NCBI GenBank assembly: GCA_965216755.1
Contig: CBDCGL010000011.1
Coordinates: forward strand, 1,632,001 to 1,696,000
Direction: 5' to 3'
From: Alphaproteobacteria bacterium
Lineage (GTDB): Bacteria > Pseudomonadota > Alphaproteobacteria > UBA7887
DNA: 64,000 bases
The translations under genes and the position numbers were made by a program. Below, piece by piece: positions 57,216 through 64,000 of this stretch (position 1 is its first letter; every line of letters starts with the position of its first letter). The notes beneath the pieces were generated by a model. It saw only the letters and a program-made list of their open reading frames with translations, had not been told where the DNA came from and searched no databases.

Positions 57216-59489
57216 ATGCTCGAGAACACTCAGAGGCGGCAATTTCGGCCGACACGAAAAGCTTCTAGCGGGTGGCGGTTCATTTGCCCGCTGGCGATTT
57301 GCTTTTTGCTCTTGGCATGGCCGGCCCTTGCAGCGCCGCGTTTGGGCGAATTGATCGCGGACGTGCCCCCTGAGTCGCTGGTGCCAGGCGCCGATCATTT
57401 TGGCGAGGTGGTTGGCAATCCGCCATACGTTGAAGCCTATGCCGGCGGCGAACGAGTGGGATATGCCTTTTTGAATACCGATATCGTCGGTGCGATCGGC
57501 TATTCGGGCAAACCGATCCATATCCTCATTGGTCTCGACATGGCTGGCGTCGTCAGCGGCGCGTTGTTGACCGAACATCATGAGCCGATTGTGCTGATCG
57601 GTATTCCTGAACAGCGGATGACTGATTTCATCGCGCGCTATGTGGGTCGCAGCGCGGCAGCCATATCCAAGGAAGGCACCTCAGGCGAGCGGCTTGTTGA
57701 AGGCATTAGTGGCGCCACGGTGACCGTCATGGTCATCGACGACAGCATCACCAATGCCGCCGTGAAAATGGCACGCGTACTTGGCTTAGCCGGTTTTGAG
57801 CCGGTCGTCGCGACGGCTCCCCACCCCGGCACGATCAATAGGGTGATTGACACCAATCCACGCGCGCCGATCGATTGGTTCACATTGGTCGGCGATGGAT
57901 CCGTGCGACGCCTGCGACTGAGTATCGACGACGTCAACAAAGCCTTCGCGCGCGCCGGCAATGAACACGCCGCGCAACGACCGGAAAAAGGCGACCCGGA
58001 CGAAACCTTTATTGACCTTTATGTCAGCCTCGCCTCAGTTCCGGCAATCGGCCGCAGCCTGTTGGGCGACGCTGAACATCGCCTCTTATCCGAACGACTA
58101 GCGCAGGACCAACACGCCATCGTCGTTGCCGGCATCGGCCGATATTCGTTCAAGGGATCGGGTTACGTGCGTGGCGGCATCTTCGATCGGATTCAACTGA
58201 TCCAAGGCGACAACAGCGTTCGATTTCGGGATCGCGATCATAAGCGTCTGGGCGCAATTGAAGCCGAGCTTGCTCCAGATCTCGATGAGATTGCTTTGTT
58301 CGTGTTACCAGAAAACGTCGCATTTGATCCCACCAGACCGTGGCGGCTTGAGCTATTGGCCCAACGCGCGGTCAGCGCACTCGACAAAGCCTTCATGACA
58401 TTCGACGTCACCTATCGATTGCCGGATACCCATCTGTTGCCGGCCCCAGCACCAACTCCCGTGGCAGCAATGACCGCGATGTCGGAACCCGGTACCACGA
58501 CCGCTGCCGAAACGGCATCCGCCGAACCCTTGTGGATGCGAATCTGGCGCGCCAAGATCGTTGACGTGGGCATCTTGTCGGTTGCGGTTAGCCTGCTGAC
58601 GGTGATCTTTTTTTTCCAAGATTGGTTGGCCCGGCGGCCGGTGTTGTTTGGCCGCGTGCGTATTGCCTTTCTTCTTTTCGCATTGTTTTGGTTGGGCTGG
58701 TATGCCAACGCCCAACTGTCGGTGGTCAATGTCTTGACCTTTACCAGCGCACTGATGAGCGAGTTCCACTGGGAGTACTTCTTGATGGATCCGCTGGTCT
58801 TTGTGCTCTGGTCGGCCATTGCCGCATCGCTGTTGTTTTGGGGACGAGGCCCATTTTGCGGCTGGCTGTGCCCGTTTGGCGCGCTGCAAGAACTGACCAA
58901 CAAACTCGCCAAACTGGCGCGCGTACCACAGGTCGCGGTGCCGTGGGGATTGCATGAGCGGCTGTGGCCAGTCAAGTACATGCTGTTCCTGGGGCTTTTC
59001 GGCATATCAATCTATTCCCTCGCGCTTGGCGAGCAACTTGCGGAAATCGAACCCTTCAAAACAGCCATCATTCTCAAATTTTTGCGCGAATGGCCATTCG
59101 TCATTTATGCTGTTCTACTTATTGTTATTGGACTATTCGTAGAGCGTGCCTTCTGTCGATATTTGTGCCCGCTCGGCGCCGCGTTGGCCATACCTGGCCG
59201 CCTCAGGATGTTCGAATGGCTTAAGCGACATCGCGATTGCGGCGCACCCTGTCGGACATGTGCCAATGAATGCATGGTCCAGTCGATTCATCCAAATGGC
59301 GTCATCAACCCGAACGAATGTCTGTACTGCATGCATTGTCAGACGCTCTATCACGATGAATTCATTTGTCCACCAATGATCAAGCGGCGCGTACGGCGAC
59401 AGCGGCGCCTGGGCACCCCTCAGCCAGATTCAGTTCGCGGACGAAAAGTTACGCCACTCAATCCGAAACGTCTTCCGGGTGCTGCATAG
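57216..59489 (+). CDS. nosR: NosR, flavinylated Fe-S membrane protein
   Basis: GYSGKPI, HHEPI, ISGATVT FMN site, CGWLCPFG, CRYLCPLG and C-terminal 4Fe-4S motifs. Confidence 0.96.
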   Translation: MLENTQRRQFRPTRKASSGWRFICPLAICFLLLAWPALAAPRLGELIADVPPESLVPGADHFGEVVGNPPYVEAYAGGERVGYAFLNTDIVGAIGYSGKPIHILIGLDMAGVVSGALLTEHHEPIVLIGIPEQRMTDFIARYVGRSAAAISKEGTSGERLVEGISGATVTVMVIDDSITNAAVKMARVLGLAGFEPVVATAPHPGTINRVIDTNPRAPIDWFTLVGDGSVRRLRLSIDDVNKAFARAGNEHAAQRPEKGDPDETFIDLYVSLASVPAIGRSLLGDAEHRLLSERLAQDQHAIVVAGIGRYSFKGSGYVRGGIFDRIQLIQGDNSVRFRDRDHKRLGAIEAELAPDLDEIALFVLPENVAFDPTRPWRLELLAQRAVSALDKAFMTFDVTYRLPDTHLLPAPAPTPVAAMTAMSEPGTTTAAETASAEPLWMRIWRAKIVDVGILSVAVSLLTVIFFFQDWLARRPVLFGRVRIAFLLFALFWLGWYANAQLSVVNVLTFTSALMSEFHWEYFLMDPLVFVLWSAIAASLLFWGRGPFCGWLCPFGALQELTNKLAKLARVPQVAVPWGLHERLWPVKYMLFLGLFGISIYSLALGEQLAEIEPFKTAIILKFLREWPFVIYAVLLIVIGLFVERAFCRYLCPLGAALAIPGRLRMFEWLKRHRDCGAPCRTCANECMVQSIHPNGVINPNECLYCMHCQTLYHDEFICPPMIKRRVRRQRRLGTPQPDSVRGRKVTPLNPKRLPGAA

Positions 59490-59556
59490 ATTTGTTTATT
59501 GAGCCATTCGGCGACAGGTCAATCCGGCCGAAACGTGTAAAAAGGAGGAAGCCAAT

Positions 59557-61494
59557 ATGCTAAAGGCAATTCGGGACAGTGTGCTCCCCGCGATAAGCCG
59601 ACGAGACTTGCTCGGGGGTACCGCCAAGATCGCGACCATGGCTGGGCTCGGCGGCGCCACCGCCGCCGGGGTGGCCGGATTGATGGGCAGTGCCAGCAGT
59701 CAATCGAAAAGCGCCCATGCGGCCGACAATGACGCCTATATCGGCCCGGGTGATCTCGACGAATATTACGGCTTCTGGAGCAGTGGGCAGAGCGGCGAAG
59801 TGCGCATAATTGGCGTACCGTCGATGCGGGAGCTGATGCGCATTCCGGTCTTCAACCGCTGCAGCGCCACAGGGTGGGGCCAGACCAATGAGAGCCTACG
59901 AATCCTGACCGAGGGATTGTTACCGGAAACCAAGGAATTCTTGTCGACGCGGGGCCGCACCTTTCTCAATGGCGACGCGCATCATCCGCATATGTCGTTT
60001 ACCGATGGTACCTATGACGGGCGCTATCTATGGATCAATGACAAAGCCAATACCCGTGTCGCGCGTATTCGCTGCGATATTATGAAAGTCGACAAGATCA
60101 TTGAGATTCCCAACGCCGCCGACATCCACGGGCTGCGACCACAGAAGTATCCGCGCACCGGTTATGTGTTCGCCAATGGCGAACATCGGGTACCGATCCC
60201 CAACGACGGCAGCATCCTGGACGAACCGGACAAGTATCATGCCATCTTCACTGCCGTCGACGGCGATTCGATGGACGTAGCTTGGCAAGTGATCGTCGAC
60301 GGCAATCTTGACAATGTCGACGCGGACTACCAGGGCAAGTACGCAGTCTCGTCCTGCTATAATGGTGAAGAAGGTGTAAACCTGGCGGAAATGACCGCAA
60401 ACGAGCAAGATTGGGCGGTGGTTTTCAACATTGAGCGCATCGAAGCCGCTGTTGCTGCCGGTGACTATCAGGAAATCTCGGGTGTGCCGGTGCTCGACGG
60501 GCGCAAAGGCTCGCCCTATACACGCTATATCCCGGTTTCGAACAGTCCGCACGGCGTCAATACCTCGCCCGACGGCCAATACATCATGATCAACGGCAAA
60601 CTCTCGCCGACGGTCTCGGTGATTGACGTGACGCGCCTGGAAGATCTGTTTGATGACAAGATTGCGCCACGCGATGTCATCGTTGCAGAACCGGAGCTCG
60701 GTTTGGGCCCGCTTCACACCGCTTTCGACGGCGAGGGCAACGCCTTCACCACCCTGTTTCTTGATAGCCAGGTGTGCAAATGGAATGTTGCCGACGCGGT
60801 GCGTGCGTACGCCGGCGAGGATGTCGACCCGATAATTGAAAAAGTCGACGTGCAATATCAACCAGGCCACAATCATACCTCGATGGGTGAAACCAAAGAC
60901 GCAGACGGTCGCTGGTTGGTATCGCTCAACAAATTCTCAAAAGACCGGTTTCTCAATGTTGGTCCGCTCAAGCCGGAGAATGAGCAACTCATCGACATTG
61001 CGGGGGACAGCATGGCGGTGGTCCACGACGGCCCGACCTTTGGCGAACCGCACGATTGCATTATCGTGCATCGCTCCGTCGTCAACCCAAATCGCGTTTG
61101 GGACCGAAACGACGATTATTGGCGCGAAGCAAGCGCCTGGGCGGCGCAAGATGGCATCGATCTGGAGACGGCGGAACACGTCGTACGTGACGGTGACAAA
61201 GTGCGCGTTTACATGAACTCCATTGCGCCCAGCTTCAGCTTGGAATCGTTCACAGTGCGCCAAGGCGACGAGGTCACGGTGATTATCACCAACATGGATG
61301 ATATCGACGATCTGACCCACGGTTTCACGCTGGCCAATTATGGGGTTTGCTTCGAGATCGCGCCACAGGCCACCGCGTCGGTCACCTTCGTTGCCGATCG
61401 GCCAGGCGTGCACTGGTTCTATTGCCAGTGGTTCTGCCATGCTTTGCACATGGAGATGCGCGGCCGAATGATGGTTGAACCGCGGAGTGCGTAG
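59557..61494 (+). CDS. nosZ: Tat-dependent nitrous-oxide reductase, clade I
   Basis: SRRDLL Tat motif; CuZ His motifs DAHH, DIHG, SPHG, GPLH, QPGH, EPHD; CuA HGF...[12 protein letters not shown]. Confidence 0.98.
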   Translation: MLKAIRDSVLPAISRRDLLGGTAKIATMAGLGGATAAGVAGLMGSASSQSKSAHAADNDAYIGPGDLDEYYGFWSSGQSGEVRIIGVPSMRELMRIPVFNRCSATGWGQTNESLRILTEGLLPETKEFLSTRGRTFLNGDAHHPHMSFTDGTYDGRYLWINDKANTRVARIRCDIMKVDKIIEIPNAADIHGLRPQKYPRTGYVFANGEHRVPIPNDGSILDEPDKYHAIFTAVDGDSMDVAWQVIVDGNLDNVDADYQGKYAVSSCYNGEEGVNLAEMTANEQDWAVVFNIERIEAAVAAGDYQEISGVPVLDGRKGSPYTRYIPVSNSPHGVNTSPDGQYIMINGKLSPTVSVIDVTRLEDLFDDKIAPRDVIVAEPELGLGPLHTAFDGEGNAFTTLFLDSQVCKWNVADAVRAYAGEDVDPIIEKVDVQYQPGHNHTSMGETKDADGRWLVSLNKFSKDRFLNVGPLKPENEQLIDIAGDSMAVVHDGPTFGEPHDCIIVHRSVVNPNRVWDRNDDYWREASAWAAQDGIDLETAEHVVRDGDKVRVYMNSIAPSFSLESFTVRQGDEVTVIITNMDDIDDLTHGFTLANYGVCFEIAPQATASVTFVADRPGVHWFYCQWFCHALHMEMRGRMMVEPRSA

Positions 61495-61497
61495 CTG

Positions 61498-62775
61498 ATG
61501 CGTCGTCGCGGGTGTCAGGTGAGAAACGGGCTGCACGCGACTGTCGTCCTCATTGGCCTGATGATCGCCCCATCCGCGATGGCCGCAGACAATCTGGTGA
61601 CCGGCGGCCGCGATGCCTTGCGCAGCGCGGTCGCCGCCGCCGACGCGGGTGACAAAATCACCGTCGCCGCCGGGTCGTACAACGGTCCGATTGTGATCGA
61701 CAAGCCGCTGACTATTGTCGGACGCGCAGGCGCCATCGTCGATGGTGGCGGCAAGGGTCGCGTTCTTACGGTTTCCGCGCCCGATGTTATCCTGCGCGAG
61801 CTAACGATTCGGCATTCGGGTGGCGACTTGTTTGAAATGGATTCGGGGATTTTCGTCGATGTCGATGGCGACAGGGCGTTGATTGAAGCCAACAAACTGG
61901 AAGGAAATCTTTTCGGTATTTATCTTCAAGGCCCCGAAGACGCGGTCGTCCGCAACAATCACGTGGTCGGAAGGGATGACCTCCGCATGAGTGAACGCGG
62001 AAATGGCGTCTCCGTGTGGAACAGTCCAGGGTCACAGGTGCTTGGCAATCACTTTGAACAGGGCCGTGACGGCATATTCGTCAATACCAGCCGCGAAAAC
62101 AGCTTTCGTGACAACCACTTTGAGAACTTGCGTTTTGCAATTCATTACATGTACGCCGACGATAGCGAAGTGGCGCGAAACGTCTCGATCGGCAATCACG
62201 TCGGTTTCGCGTTGATGTTTTCAACCGGCCTCACAGTTCACAACAACATTTCTGTGGATGATCGCGATCGGGGCCTGCTGCTGAACTACGCCAACGAATC
62301 CGAGATCGTCGGGAACGCCGTCCGAGCTGGCCCTGAAAAATGTGTGTTCATCTACAATTCCTCAAAAAACGTTTTCAAACGCAATTACTTCGAAGGATGC
62401 GAAATTGGCGTCCATTTCACGGCGGGCTCGGAACGCAATTCCGTGACCGAAAACGCATTTATTGGCAATCGTACGCAAGTTAAATATGTCGGCACGCAAT
62501 GGTTGGAATGGTCCGTGGACGGCCGCGGCAATTATTGGAGCGATCATCCCGGATTTGACCTGGATGGTGACAGGATAGCCGAGGCGCCATATCGGCCCAA
62601 CGGCGTCGTTGATCGGTTGTTGTGGTCCCATCCGCTGGCAAAGACCCTGGTTACAAGTCCGGCGCTACAGTTCTTGCGCTGGATCCAGGCCCAATTTCCG
62701 GGCCTCCACCCGGGCGGCGTGGTCGACAGTGCGCCATTGATGTTACCTCCGGTCGCGGCGGGAGGTCCCGGATGA
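61498..62775 (+). CDS. nosD: Nitrous oxide reductase maturation protein NosD
   Basis: ERGNG, GRDGI, LRFAIHYMY, GNYWSD, PGGVVDSAPLM. Confidence 0.96.
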   Translation: MRRRGCQVRNGLHATVVLIGLMIAPSAMAADNLVTGGRDALRSAVAAADAGDKITVAAGSYNGPIVIDKPLTIVGRAGAIVDGGGKGRVLTVSAPDVILRELTIRHSGGDLFEMDSGIFVDVDGDRALIEANKLEGNLFGIYLQGPEDAVVRNNHVVGRDDLRMSERGNGVSVWNSPGSQVLGNHFEQGRDGIFVNTSRENSFRDNHFENLRFAIHYMYADDSEVARNVSIGNHVGFALMFSTGLTVHNNISVDDRDRGLLLNYANESEIVGNAVRAGPEKCVFIYNSSKNVFKRNYFEGCEIGVHFTAGSERNSVTENAFIGNRTQVKYVGTQWLEWSVDGRGNYWSDHPGFDLDGDRIAEAPYRPNGVVDRLLWSHPLAKTLVTSPALQFLRWIQAQFPGLHPGGVVDSAPLMLPPVAAGGPG

Positions 62776-63692
62776 ATCAGGCCGCGGTCGAATTCGTTGA
62801 CGTATCCAAAGCGTATGGGGCCCTGAGAGCTGTTGCCGGGGTCACTCTATCGGTGCCGCCCGGGCAGCGCTTGGCCTTGCTGGGACACAATGGCGCCGGC
62901 AAGACGACGCTCATGAAGCTTATCCTCGGGCTCACTCATGCGAGCGCCGGCGCGATCCGGCTATTTGGCGTCGAAGTTGATGCGCACAACATCGCCAGGC
63001 AGCGCCGCCAGGTTGGTTTTCTACCGGAGAATGTATCTTTTTACGGCGGCATGTCGGCGCGCCAAGTGTTGCGTTTCTACGCCCGGCTCAAGGGCGAGCC
63101 AGCCGCGCGCTGTGATTTCATACTCGAACAGGTGGGACTCTCAGACGCGCTTCGAAAGCCTGTGCGCACCTACTCGAAAGGCATGCGACAACGGCTCGGT
63201 CTGGCCCAAGCCTTGCTCGGCGCGCCCAACCTTCTGCTGCTCGATGAACCGACCTCCGGGCTGGATCCGGCTCTGCGACGCCATTTTTTTGACGTGGTCA
63301 CGGAGCTTGCCGCGGGCGGCTGCGCCGTCATGCTGTCGTCCCACGTGCTGACCGAACTTGAAACACGGACCGATCGGGCCGTCGTCATGAAGAACGGCCG
63401 CGTGATCGCCGATGGCTCACTCGCGGCGCTGCGGCGTGATGCGAATTTGCCGGTGCGCATTCGGCTGGCGGTGCCCCAGGGGCAAGCCGCCGCGATCGCC
63501 GAACGGGTCGACGCGGCGCACCCGACTTTGGTCAACGACCATGCCGTGCATTTGAGCTGCGCCAGTGTTGACAAAGTGAGCGTCGTGCGAAGGATACTTG
63601 ATCTCGGCGTGGCCATCGACGACTTGGATATCACGCCGCCAACGCTCGACGACATTTACGCATATTACCGCGACCGTGAGACATCAACATGA
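62772..63692 (+). CDS. nosF: ABC ATP-binding protein NosF
   Basis: GHNGAGKTT, YSKGMRQRLG, LDEPTSGLDP; ATGA overlap with nosD. Confidence 0.93.
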   Translation: MNQAAVEFVDVSKAYGALRAVAGVTLSVPPGQRLALLGHNGAGKTTLMKLILGLTHASAGAIRLFGVEVDAHNIARQRRQVGFLPENVSFYGGMSARQVLRFYARLKGEPAARCDFILEQVGLSDALRKPVRTYSKGMRQRLGLAQALLGAPNLLLLDEPTSGLDPALRRHFFDVVTELAAGGCAVMLSSHVLTELETRTDRAVVMKNGRVIADGSLAALRRDANLPVRIRLAVPQGQAAAIAERVDAAHPTLVNDHAVHLSCASVDKVSVVRRILDLGVAIDDLDITPPTLDDIYAYYRDRETST

Positions 63693-64000
63693 ACGCGATC
63701 GCCATCATAGCGGCCAAAGAAGCGCGCGATGGCTTGCGCAATCGCTGGGTCGTGGCAACGACATTGCTACTCGCGGCACTTTCGCTCTCGCTTGTCTTGA
63801 TGGGCAGCGCGCCGGCCGGCCCGCTTGGGGTGGATGCGGTCAGCATCACGGTTGTCAGCCTATCGAGCTTGACCATGTATTTGGTGCCGCTGATCGCGCT
63901 GATGCTGTCCTACGACGCCGTTGTCGCCGAAATCGAGCACGGCACGATGATGCTTCTGCTCGCATATCCGGTCAAACGCTGGCAGGTCATTGTCGGCAAG
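63689..64000 (+). CDS. nosY: ABC permease NosY, truncated by the window edge
   Basis: Hand translation: MNAIAIIAAKEARDGLRNRWVV...SLSSLTMYLVPLIALMLSYDAVVAEIEHGTMMLLLAYPVKRWQVIVGK. Confidence 0.93.
   Translation, partial: MNAIAIIAAKEARDGLRNRWVVATTLLLAALSLSLVLMGSAPAGPLGVDAVSITVVSLSSLTMYLVPLIALMLSYDAVVAEIEHGTMMLLLAYPVKRWQVIVGK

Overview
GC-rich chromosomal window, most likely from an alphaproteobacterium (inferred from RpoE-ChrR, znuA/znuCB-zur, clade I nos genes and CGTC-type palindromes). It is mostly ordinary transport and metabolism: a Dpp/Opp-type ABC operon, the Znu/Zur zinc system with a clear Zur box, an ECF sigma/ChrR pair, panE, cobB, cysK, efflux pumps, three GSTs, several SDRs, a molybdopterin oxidoreductase, a biotin-dependent PxpB/PxpC-like cluster and the start of a nosRZDFY operon. 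The least explained parts are: (i) a 15-18 kb locus with two diverged paralogous membrane proteins, a CI-like repressor that seems to lack its catalytic Lys, and a small ORF; (ii) a five-unit 167-168 bp mosaic REP-doublet array between a SAM-cyclase-ATPase-TPR gene and a 2OG-Fe(II) oxygenase; (iii) a 56-aa membrane ORF missed by the ORF track, preceded by a CRP-like palindrome; (iv) a CTAG-bounded palindromic miniature element; and (v) IS630 and IS3 remnants and a stop-less cytochrome c gene upstream of nosR. I saw no rRNA, tRNA or CRISPR array. All calls come from reading motifs by eye; no searches were run.
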